64,000 bases of DNA from Octopus sinensis (taxonomy: Eukaryota): NCBI RefSeq assembly GCF_006345805.1, contig NW_021834224.1, positions 6,543-70,542 of the forward strand, written 5' to 3'. This document shows positions 24,133 through 35,500 of the stretch, piece by piece; position 1 is the stretch's first letter, and the number at the start of each line of letters is the position of its first letter. Below the pieces are notes generated by a model. It made no database searches and was not told the origin of the DNA. It saw nothing but the letters and a program-made list of their open reading frames with translations. The position numbers and the translations under genes were made by a program.

Positions 24133-24760
24133 ATCATCATCATCATCATCATCATCATTTAACGTCCGCTTTCCATGCTAGCATGGGTTGGACGGTTCAA
24201 CTGGGGTCTGGGGAGCCCGAAGGCTGCACCAGGCCAGTCAGATCTGGCAGTGTTTCTACAGCTGGATGCCCTTCATAACGCCAACCACTCCGAGAGTGTA
24301 GTGGGTGATTTTATGTGCCACCGACACAGGTGCCAGACGAGGCTGGCGAACGGCCACGCTCGGATGGTGTTTTTATGTGCCACCGACACAGGTGCAGACG
24401 AAGCTGGCGAACGGCCACGCTCGGATGGTGTTTTTATGTGCCACCGACACAGGTGCAGACGAAGCTGGCGAACGGCCACGCTCGGATGGTGTTTTTATGT
24501 GCCACCGACACAGGTGCCAGACAAGGCTGGCAGACGTCCGCGCTCGGATGGTGTTTTTATGTGCCACCGACACAGGTGCCAGACGAGGCTGGCGAACGGC
24601 CACGCTCGGATGGTGTTTTTATGTGCCACCGACACAGGTGCAGACGAAGCTGGCGAACGGCCATGCTCGGATGGTGTTTTTATGTGCCACCGACACAGAT
24701 GCCAGACGAAGCTGGCGAACGGCCACGCTCGGATGGTGTTTTTATGTGCCACCGACACAT
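24133..24760 (-). repeat. Family C retroposon whose body is expanded into a 61-62-bp minisatellite (~8 copies)
   Basis: tatgtgccaccgacacag at 24312, 24374, 24435, 24496, 24558, 24620, 24681 and 24743. Confidence 0.9.
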
Positions 24761-25235
24761 ATATGTATATATATATACCAACACCATTAACATAAAGTGT
24801 GGCCCCATCTAGGCCTATGATAGATACACCATATCTCGAAAATGCTATGCTTTTGCTATCCAGGAAAGGGAGACAAGTTTTAAAAACTCATCAATGAGAG
24901 ATAAGGATGTTTCTGTGACCCCATGTTGTGATACAATATAAATGTCAGCTGTGACAATATAGTGGATATCCTCCCACATCATTAGCAATTCTCCAAGAAT
25001 GTCCACAAGATACTATTTTCACATGGCATTTAGCATTGTTGATAAAAGCATTTACAATGCCATCCACGGGAAGGATTGTCTTGATAGCAATATCAAAAAC
25101 ATACCAGAAGCAAAATAAGGAACACTGATGGGAAGATGTCAATTGTACCAATATGGTAGAAACCCACATCATTAGGAGTTCTCCAAAAAATGTCCACAAG
25201 GTACTACTTTCACATGAGATATAATATTGTTGATA

Positions 25236-25620
25236 GTGGAGGCGCAATGACCCAGTGGTTAGGGCAGCGGACTCGCGGTCGTAGGATCGGGGTTTCGATT
25301 CCCAGACCGGGCGTTGAGAGTGTTTATTGAGCGAAAACACCTAAAGCTCCACGAGGCTCCGGCAGGGGATGGTGGTGATCCCTGCTGTACTCTTTCACCA
25401 CAACTTTCTCTCACTCTTACTTCCTGTTTCTGTTGTACCTGTATTTCAAAGGGCAGGCCTTGTCACTCTCTGTGTCACGCTGAATATCACCCCCGAGAAC
25501 TACGTTAAGGGTACACGTGTCTGTGGAGTGCTCAGCCACTTACACGTTAATTTCACGAGCAGGCTGTTCCATTGATTGGCTCAACCGGAACCCTCGTCGT
25601 CGTAACTGACGGAGTGCTTC
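25236..25620 (+). mobile_element. tRNA-Arg-like SINE (family D1), full length
   Basis: Head gtggaggcgcaatgacccagtggttagggcagcggactcgcggtcgtaggatcggggtttcgattccc (TCG in anticodon position, A/B boxes); near-TSD atattgttgata/atatcgttgata. Possibly the published octopus OR (Arg) SINE type, not verified. Confidence 0.75.
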
Positions 25621-25761
25621 CGATATCGTTGATAAAACCATTTACGATGCTGTCCACATGAAGGATTGTCCTGATAGCCATACCAAAAACATATCAGAAC
25701 TAGAATAAGGAATACTGTTGGAATATTCCAGCAAAAAGAAGCAATCTGGTGCCAACACTAC

Positions 25762-26700
25762 ATCATATCATTGTTCGACCGTGGTCGAGACAATGGAATT
25801 TGCCATGCTATGCCAGACTTCACGGTCCATCGTAGCATTACGGAGGTCCTGTTGCTGGATGCCTGTATCCCTGGAGATTACATCAGGGTAGGAGAGTGTG
25901 CGCCCTCTGGTATCGCGAGTAGATGGCTTCCAGAGGAGAAGAGCAGAAATGACCTCGTTTTCAGCTCTACAACAATGTCCAGCAAACTGGACTCTCCTAC
26001 CTTTCACAAGAGATGATATGTATGTATATATATATATCATCATCATTGTTCGACCGTGGTCGAGACAATGGAATTTACTATGCTACGCCAGACTTCACGG
26101 TCCATCATGGCATAATGGAGGTCCTGTTGCTGGATGCCTGGATCCCTGGAGATTACATCAGGGTAGGAGAGTGTGCGACCTCTGGTATCGCGAGTAGATG
26201 GCTTCCAGAAAGAAGAGTAGAAATTACCTTGTTTTCAGCTCTACAACAATGTCCAGCAAACTGGACTTTCCTACCTTTCACAAGAGACGATATGTATGTA
26301 TATATATATATCATCATCATCATTGTTCGACCGTGGTCGAGACAATGGAATTTACCATGCTATGCCAGACTTCACAGTCCATCATGGCATTATGGAGGTC
26401 CTGTTGCTGGATGCCTGTATCCCTGGAGATTACATCAGAGTAGGAGAGTGTGCACCCTCTGGTATCGCGAGTAGATGGCTTCCAGAGGAGAAGAGCAGAA
26501 ATTACCTCGTTTTCAGCTCTACAACAATGTCCAGCAAACTGGACTCTCCTACCTTTCACAAGAGATGATACAGGTGGCAGTTTCCCATATATTTGTACTT
26601 TGGTTGGATGACACTTCCACAAGAGATTTTGGGCACTCATAAGGAGGTGAGTGTAAGTTCCATCCAACCGCCTCGCAAGCTTCTTTGATAACACTACAAG
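25762..26700 (-). mobile_element. RTE-clade LINE 3' end, terminal ~250 bp triplicated
   Basis: LSKKLARRLDGTYT..VKGRRVQFAGHCCRAENEVIS..LWKP..YPDVISRDTG..MMDREVW is an RTE-type ORF2 C-terminus; (TGA)n tails; ttgttcgaccgtgg at 25771, 26046 and 26323. Confidence 0.8.
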
Positions 26701-26966
26701 CCTGATATTGTCCTCTAAGATAGGAAGTATAAATCATGCAGCGTTGTAGAGGTTAGCTGTTTAGGAAATATGAATATCTCATGAAAAACTGGAGAAAAGG
26801 AGAAACTCACAGCTCTTGCACCCATGGTGTAAAATTTATACTTATACCACTGGGCTGTGTAACAATAAATCTGCATTGATTCTTTAGCATTCATATTACT
26901 CCATCAATTGTAATTCTTATTTATTAATATTGCATTATCTTGTAACTTCAAGATTTTGATGATGTA

Positions 26967-27468
26967 CCGTATTTGACGGCATATTAGACGCACCCTCATT
27001 TCAGCAGGTCAAATTCAGGAAAAAAAGTTTTAAGTGTATTTAAGCATATATTGTTGAAAGCAGTCTAGCAGCTCATTACAAAAGCAGAAAACATTGCTGT
27101 ATAAAAGCAAGATGGCATCGAGTTAGGGTTCCGATCAGCTGATATTAGTAAACGTGTGTCATGGATCGCAGCCTAACAATTTACGGTAGATTGCTTTGAT
27201 TTTTACGATAATTCGTATTTTAAAGTAATAATACTGGTAATAATAATAATAATAATAATAATACTAGCAATAAAATAATGATGCATGAGTACGGAAAATA
27301 TCATTAAGGCGTTAGCGTAGGTAGAAATACTTATTGTAAGCTAGGTTAGTGAGCGTCTGGGAGAAGATTAGCCTACGGGAGGGTCTTGACTTCACATATT
27401 AGACGCAGGGCGATTTTTTGAGCCAAATTTTTTGGAAAAAAGTGCGTCCTATATGCCGTCAAATACGG
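26967..27468. mobile_element. Tc1/mariner (pogo/Tigger-like) MITE, 502 bp, TA target duplication, nested in a piggyBac-like MITE remnant
   Basis: TA|ccgtatttgacggcatattagacgcac ... gtgcgtcctatatgccgtcaaatacgg|TA (TIR 25/27); flanks 26880-26966 and 27469-27545 join into the MITE family of 10247-11234. Confidence 0.85.
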
Positions 27469-27580
27469 TAATTGTTTATTTTTAGGGTAGGTGTGAGAGA
27501 CTGGATCTGGCCAGTTTAATCACAAAACATAAAATATTTGCTTCACATACGGCCAGTATAATCCTTCAGCAATCAGATTA

Positions 27581-27654
27581 CCATGCAGTGGGACTGAACC
27601 TGGAACCATGTGGTTGGTAAGCAATCTACTTACCACTCAGCCACTCCTACACCT
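27581..27654 (-). mobile_element. SINE family A tRNA-like head only
   Basis: Minus strand aggtgtaggagtggctgagtggtaag..ggttccaggttcagtcccactgcatgg, then unrelated sequence. Confidence 0.8.
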
Positions 27655-27663
27655 AAAAACAAA

Positions 27664-27782
27664 TGCTTACAGCACTTAGGTTTCGCAAGCGGTCACCCAT
27701 CTAAGTACTAACTAGGCTCGATGTTGCTTAACTTCAGTGGTCAGACGAGAACCGGTGCTTTCAACATGATATGGCCGTAAGC
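27664..27782 (-). rRNA. 5S rRNA: 5S rRNA, full length (119 nt), diverged; probable pseudogene
   Basis: Minus strand gcttacggccatatcatgttgaaagcaccggttctcgtctgaccactgaagttaagcaacatcgagcctagttagtacttagatgggtgaccgcttgcgaaacctaagtgctgtaagc is colinear with metazoan 5S; many differences are CpG-to-TpG/CpA changes. Confidence 0.93.
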
Positions 27783-27889
27783 AAAAAATAGGGAACACTT
27801 CATGAATTTGCGTGTCATCCTTGCGCAGGGGCCATGCAAATCTTCTCTGTACCATTCCAATTTTGTTATAGGTATTACCAAAGCAATAC
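27783..27889 (-). ncRNA. U6: U6 snRNA, full length (107 nt), diverged; probable pseudogene
   Basis: Minus strand gtattgctttggtaatacctataacaaaattggaatggtacagagaagatttgcatggcccctgcgcaaggatgacacgcaaattcatgaagtgttccctatttttt has an intact ACAGAGA box and the conserved ggcccctgcgcaaggatgacacgcaaatt core; CpG decay. Confidence 0.95.
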
Positions 27890-27890
27890 A

Positions 27891-28290
27891 TAGGCGCAGG
27901 GGTGGCTGTGTGGTAAGTAGCTTGCTAACCAACCACATGGTTCCGGGTTCAGTCCCACTGCGTGGCATCTTGGGCAAGTGTCTTCTGCTATGGCCCCGGG
28001 CCGACCAATGCCTTGTGAGTGGATTTGGTAGACGGAAACTGAAAGAAGCCTGTCGTATATATGTATATATATGTATGTGTGTGTGTTTGTGTGTCTGTGT
28101 TTGTCCCCCTAGCATTGCTTGACAACCGATGCTGGTGTGTTTACGTCCCCGTCACTTAGCGGTTCGGCAAAAAGAGACCGATAGAATAAGTACTGGGCTT
28201 ACAAAAAGAATGAGTCCCGGGGTCGAGTTGCTCGACTAAAAGGCGGTGCTCCAGCATGGCCGCAGTCAAAATGACTGAAACAAGTAAAAG
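27891..28290 (+). mobile_element. SINE family A, full length, young subfamily
   Basis: Complete head to tail; diagnostic atcttgggc, ctgctat, ccaatgcc. Confidence 0.9.
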
Positions 28291-28344
28291 AAAGAAAGAA
28301 ATATGATGGTCTTCTTTCAGTTTCCATCTATCAGATCAGTTACT

Positions 28345-28768
28345 CTTTTTACTCTTTTTACTCTTTTACTCTTTTACTCGTTTCAGTCATTTGACTGCGG
28401 CCATGCTGGAGCACCGCCTTTTAGTCGATCAAATCGACCCCGGGACTGATTCTTTGTAAGCCCAGTACTTATTGTATCGGTCTCTTTTGCCGAACCGCTA
28501 AATGACGGGGACGTAAACACACCAGCATCGGTTGTCAAGCAATGCTAGGGGGACAAACACAGACACACAAACACACACACACACACATATATATATACAT
28601 ATATACGACAGGCTTCTTTCAGTTTCTGTCTACCAAATCCACTCACAAGGCATTGGTCGGCCCGGGGCTATAGCAGAAGACACTTGCCCAAGATGCCGTG
28701 CAGTGGGACTGAACCCGGAACCATGTGGTTGGTTAGCAAGCTACTTACCACACAGCCACTCCTGCGCC
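28345..28768 (-). mobile_element. SINE family A, full length, young subfamily (inverted partner of 27891-28290)
   Basis: Reverse complement with the same diagnostic variants. Confidence 0.9.
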
Positions 28769-29553
28769 TAGTTCACTAGGTTTTTTTTCAGCCTGGAGCT
28801 ATATAGTAGAAGGCACTCACCCAAGGTGCCACGCAGTGGGATTGAACCTGGAACCATGTAGATGGGAAGCAAACCTCCTTACCACACAGCCACAGGTGCA
28901 CCATTAGGCTTTTGCTTTTGCTCTTACAAAAAAAAAAAAAAGAAAAAAGAACCAAAACTAAAAAGAACTAAAGGCGGTGCTCCAGCATGGCCGCAGTCAA
29001 ATGACTGAAACAAGTAAAAGAGAAAAGAGAGAGTAAAACCATTTATTACACTTTTGTTTAAATGTAGGCAGCAAACTTAATGCAGTAAGGCTAAATTAAT
29101 CTTTACACAATTAATACAACATTCGTTATGAAAAGAAACTTCATTAGCATTAACGACAACTCTTACATATCAATCAAGCAGAAAGAATTCCTGGGAAATT
29201 CTCCCCATATCAATTTACTGCCCTTTTGATCTATCTGATACAGTTTAACTGGAGACACGTCCCAGCCTACTCCTGACATTACAGTCGGAGTGCTTAGATG
29301 TAAAAAGAGACCTCACATCCGAACAGCTGTTTAAACAGCCGTGTCAAACACTATCAAAGAGGTAAGCTGCTAGTCAAGAAAGATTAACCTCTATGCTAGT
29401 GGTAGCTTGTATGTGGTGCTCGGTATAATAAGATGCACTAGATGCACTCAGACTGAACGAAAAAAAATAGAAAGAAAGAAAAGAAAAATGGTAATTGTTG
29501 AAGCTGTACGATCCTTTGATCGTAGGTCTGTTGGATGAGAAATGAACCTTGTG

Positions 29554-32500
29554 TTAACTCCTTTACATTTAAACTGGCCAATAATCTGGTCAATATGTCC
29601 TGCCCCTTTTAAGTTTGAAACAGTCAGATCTGGTCTTTTTCACACCTACTCTAAAATGTCATTCTAAGAATAAACAATCACATCATTGATAATCTCAAAG
29701 CTATGAGATAAAACATGATTGATGGAGAACAATGATCATACATAAGCCATGGCATTTGACAGAATAGTCTGAATGCTAAAGGGTTAATGTTTAAAGAAGC
29801 CAGATCCAGCCTCTCCTACCTGTCCTACAATGTCAATCTAAGAATAAACAATCACATCATTGATAATCTCAAAGCTATGAGATAAAACATGATTGATGGA
29901 GAACAATGATCATACATAAGCCATGGCATTTGACAGAATAGTCTGAATGCTAAAGGGTTAATGTTTAAAGAAGCCAGATCCAGCCTCTCCTACCTGTCCT
30001 ACAATGTCAATCTAAGAATAAACAATCACATCATTGATAATCTCAAAGCTACGAGATAAAACATGATTGATGGAGAACAATGATCATACATAAGCCATGG
30101 CATTTGACAGAATAGTCTGAATGCTAAAGGGTTAATGTTTAAAGAAGCCAGATCCAGCCTCTCGTACCTGTCCTACAATGTCAATCTAAGAATAAACAAT
30201 CACATCATTGATAATCTCAAAGCTACGAGATAAAACATGATTGATGGAGAACAATGATCATACATAAGCCATGGCATTTGACAGAATAATCTGAATGCTA
30301 AAGGGTCAATGTTTAAAGAAGCCAGATCCAGCCTCTCGTACCTGTCCTACAATGTCATTCTAAGAATAAACAATCACATCATTGATAATCTCAAAGCTAC
30401 GAGATAAAACATGATTGATGGAGAACAATGATCATACATAAGCCATGGCATTTGACAGAATAGTCTGAATGCTAAAGGGTTAATGTTTAAAGAAGCCAGA
30501 TCCAGCCTCTCGTACCTGTCCTACAATGTCATTCTAAGAATAAACAATCACATCATTGATAATCTCAAAGCTACGAGATAAAACATGATTGATGGAGAAC
30601 AATGATCATACATAAGCCATGGCATTTGACAGAATAGTCTGAATGCTAAAGGGTTAATGTTTAAAGAAGCCAGATCCAGCCTCTCGTACCTGTCCTACAA
30701 TGTCAATCTAAGAATAAACAATCACATCATTGATAATCTCAAAGCTACGAGATAAAACATGATTGATGGAGAACAATGATCATACATAAGCCATGGCATT
30801 TGACAGAATAATCTGAATGCTAAAGGGTTAATGTTTAAAGAAGCCAGATCCAGCCTCTCATACCTGTCCTACAATGTCAATCTAAGAATAAACAATCACA
30901 TCATTGATAATCTAAAGCTACGAGATATAAAACATGATTGATGGAGAACAATGATCATACATAAGCCATGGCATTTGACAGAATAATCTGGATGCTAAAG
31001 GGTTAATGTTTAAAGAAGCCAGATCCAGCCTCTCGTACCTGTCCTACAATGTCATTCTAAGAATAAACAATCACATCATTGATAATCTCAAAGCTACGAG
31101 ATAAAACATGATTGATGGAGAACAATGATCATACATAAGCCATGGCATTTGACAGAATAGTCTGAATGCTAAAGGTTAATGTTTAAAGAAGCCAGATCCA
31201 GCCTCTCGTACCTGTCCTACAATGTCAATCTAAGAATAAACAATCACACATCATTGATAATCTCAAAGCTATGAGATAAAACATGATTGATGGAGAACAA
31301 TGATCATACATAAGCATGGCATTTGACAGAATAATCTGGATGCTAAAGGGTTAATGTTAAAGAAGCCAGATCCAGCCTCTCGTACCTGTCCTACAATGTC
31401 ATTCTAAGAATAAACAATCACATCATTGATAATCTCAAAGCTACGAGATAAAACATGATTGATGGAGAACAATGATCATACATAAGCCATGGCATTTGAC
31501 AGAATAGTCTGAATGCTAAAGGGTTAATGTTTAAAGAAGCCAGATCCAGCCTCTCGTGCCTGTCCTACAATGTCATCTAAGAATAAACAATCACATCATT
31601 GATAATCTCAAAGCTATGAGATAAAACATGATTGATGGAGAACATGATCATACATAAGCCATGGCATTTGACAGAATAGTCTGAATGCTAAAGGGTTAAT
31701 GTTAAAGAAGCCAGATCCAGCCTCTCGTACCTGTCCTACAATGTCAATCTAAGAATAAACAATCACATCATTGATAATCTCCAAGCTACGAGATAAAACA
31801 TGATTGATGGAGAACAATGATCATACATAAGCCATGGCATTTGACAGAATAGTCTGAATGCTAAAGGGTTAATGTTTAAAGAAGCCAGATCCAGCCTCTC
31901 GTACCTGTCCTACAATGTCAATCTAAGAATAAACAATCACATCATTGATAATCTCAAGCTACGAGATAAAACATGATTGATGGAGAACAATGATCATACA
32001 TAAGCCATGCATTTGACAGAATAATCTGAATGCTAAAGGGTTAATGTTTAAAGAAGCCAGATCCAGCCTCTCGTACCTGTCCTACAATGTCATTCTAAGA
32101 ATAAACAATCACATCATTGATAATCTCAAAGCTATGAGATAAAACATGATTGATGGAGAACAATGATCATACATAAGCCATGGCATTTGACAGAATAGTC
32201 TGAATGCTAAAGGGTTAATGTTTAAAGAAGCCAGATCCAGCCTCTCGTACCTGTCCTACAATGTCAATCTAAGAATAAACAATCACATCATTGATAATCT
32301 CAAAGCTACGAGATAAAACATGATTGATGGAGAACAATGATCATACATAAGCCATGGCATTTGACAGAATAATCTGAATGCTAAAGGGTTAATGTTTAAA
32401 GAAGCCAGATCCAGCCTCTCGTACCTGTCCTACAATGTCATTCTAAGAATAAACAATCACATCATTGATAATCTCAAAGCTACGAGATAAAACATGATTG

Positions 32501-35500
32501 ATGGAGAACAATGATCATACATAAGCCATGGCATTTGACAGAATAATCTGAATGCTAAAGGGTTAATGTTTAAAGAAGCCAGATCCAGCCTCTCATACCT
32601 GTCCTACAATGTCAATCTAAGAATAAACAATCACATCATTGATAATCTCAAAGCTACGAGATAAAACATGATTGATGGAGAACAATGATCATACATAAGC
32701 CATGGCATTTGACAAAATAATCTGGATGCTAAAGGGTTAATGTTAAAGAAGCCAGATCCAGCCTCTCGTACCTGTCCTACAATGTCATTCTAAGAATAAA
32801 CAATCACATCATCATTGATAATCTCAAAGCTACGAGATAAAACATGATTGATGGAGAACAATGATCATACATAAGCCATGGCATTTGACAGAATAGTCTG
32901 AATGCTAAAGGGTTAATGTTTAAAGAAGCCAGATCCAGCCTCTCGTACTTGTCCTACAATGTCAATCTAAGAATAAACATCACATCATTGATAATCTCAA
33001 AGCTACGAGATAAAACATGATTGATGGAGAACAATGATCATACAAAAGCCATGGCATTTGACAGAATAATCTGGATGCTAAAGGGTTAATGTTTAAAGAT
33101 GCCAGATCCAGCCTCTTGTACATGTCCTACAATGTCATTCTAAGAATAAACAATCACATCATTGATAATCTCAAAGCTACGAGATAAAATATGATTGATG
33201 GAGAACAATGATCATACATAAGCCATGGCATTCCACAGAATAGTCTGGATGCTAAAGGGTTAATGTTTAAAGAAGCCAGATCCAGCCTCTCGTACCTGTC
33301 CTACAATGTCATTCTAAGAATAAACAATCACATCATTGATAATCTCAAAGCTACGAGATAAAACATGATTGATGGGGAACAATGATCATACATAAGCCAT
33401 GGCATTTGACAGAATAATCTGGATGCTAAAGGGTTAATGTTTAAAGGAGCCAGATCCAGCCTCTCGTACCTGTCCTACAATGTCATTCTAAGAATAAACA
33501 ATCACATCATTGATAATCTCAAAGCTACGAGATAAAACATGATTGATGGAGAACAATGATCATACATAAGCCATGGCATTTGACAGAATAGTCTGGATGC
33601 TAAAGGGTTAATGTTTAAAGAAGCCAGATCCAGCCTATCGTACCTGTCCTACAATGTCATTCTAAGAATAAACAATCACATCATTGATAATCTCAAAGCT
33701 ACGAGATAAAACATGATTGATGGAGAACAATGATCATACATAAGCCATGGCATTTGACAGAATAGTCTGGATGCTAAAGGGTTAATGTTTAAAGAAGCCA
33801 GATCCAGCCTATCGTACCTGTCCTACAATGTCATTCTAAGAATAAACAATCACATCATTGATAATCTCAAAGCTACGAGATAAAACATGATTGATGGAGA
33901 ACAATGATCATACATAAGCCATGGCATTTGACAGAATAATCTGAATGCTAAAGGGTTAATGTTTAAAGAAGCCAGATCCAGCCTCTCATACCTGTCCTAC
34001 AATGTCAATCTAAGAATAAACAATCACATCATTGATAATCTCAAAGCTACGATATAAAACATGATTGATGGAGAACAATGATCATACATAAGCCATGGCA
34101 TTTGACAGAATAATCTGGATGCTAAAGGGTTAATGTTTAAAGAAGCCAGATCCAGCCTCTCGTACCTGTCCTACAATGTCATTCTAAGAATAAACAATCA
34201 CATCATTGATAATCTCAAAGCTACGAGATAAAACATGATTGATGGAGAACAATGATCATACATAAGCCATGGCATTTGACAGAATAGTCTGAATGCTAAA
34301 GGGTTAATGTTTAAAGAAGCCAGATCCAGCCTCTCGTACTTGTCCTACAATGTCAATCTAAGAATAAACAATCACATCATTGATAATCTCAAAGCTACGA
34401 GATAAAACATGATTGATGGAGAACAATGATCATACAAAAGCCATGGCATTTGACAGAATAATCTGGATGCTAAAGGGTTAATGTTTAAAGATGCCAGATC
34501 CAGCCTCTGTACCTGTCCTACAATGTCATTCTAAGAATAAACAATCACATCATTGATAATCTCAAAGCTACGAGATAAAATATGATTGATGGAGAACAAT
34601 GATCATACATAAGCCATGGCATTTCACAGAATAGTCTGGATGCTAAGGGTTAATGTTTAAAGAAGCCAGATCCAGCCTCTCGTACCTGTCCTACAATGTC
34701 AATCTAAGAATAAACAATCACATCATTGATAATCTCAAAGCTACGAGATAAAACATGATTGATGGAGAACAATGATCATACATAAGCCATGGCATTTGAC
34801 AGAATAGTCTGGATGCTAAAGGGTTAATGTTAAAGAAGCCAGATCCAGCCTCTCGTACCTGTCCTACAATGTCATTCTAAGAATAAACAATCACATCATT
34901 GATAATCTCAAAGCTACGAGATAAAATATGATTGATGGAGAACAATGATCATACATAAGCCATGGCATTTGACAGAATAATCTGAATGCTAAAGGTTAAT
35001 GTTTAAAGAAGCCAGATCCAGCCTCTCGTACCTGTCCTACATGTCAATCTAAGAATAAACAATCACATCATTGATAATCTCAAAGCTACGAGATAAAACA
35101 TGATTGATGGAGAACAATGATCATACATAAGCCATGGCATTTGACAGAATAATCTGGATGCTAAAGGGTTAATGTTTAAAGAAGCCAGATCCAGCCTCTC
35201 GTACCTGTCCTACAATGTCATTCTAAGAATAAACAATCACATCATTGATAATCTCAAAGCTACGAGATAAAACATGATTGATGGAGAACAATGATCATAC
35301 ATAAGCCATGGCATTTGACAGAATAATCTGGATGCTAAAGGGTTAATGTTTAAAGAAGCCAGATCCAGCCTCTTGTACCTGTCCTACAATGTCATTCTAA
35401 GAATAAACAATCACATCATTGATAATCTCAAAGCTACAAGATAAAATATGATTGATGGAGAACAGATCATACATAAGCCATGGCATTTCACAGAATAGTC

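Noticed and set aside
24310-24760. CRISPR-like appearance of the regular short repeats (also the 174-bp array)
   Set aside because: No unique spacers, no cas genes, eukaryotic context; the units are contiguous tandem copies.
24945-25740. ~190-bp diverged duplication around the D1 SINE as a possible coding exon
   Set aside because: Stops in all plausible frames and no recognised motif; noted only as an old duplication.
27664-27889. Functional U6 and 5S genes
   Set aside because: CpG-decay substitutions throughout, no upstream U6 promoter and no spacer; treated as pseudogenes.
29040-29500. Unique segment with plus-strand gag|gtaagc donor-like site
   Set aside because: No ORF, acceptor or homology that I can recognise.
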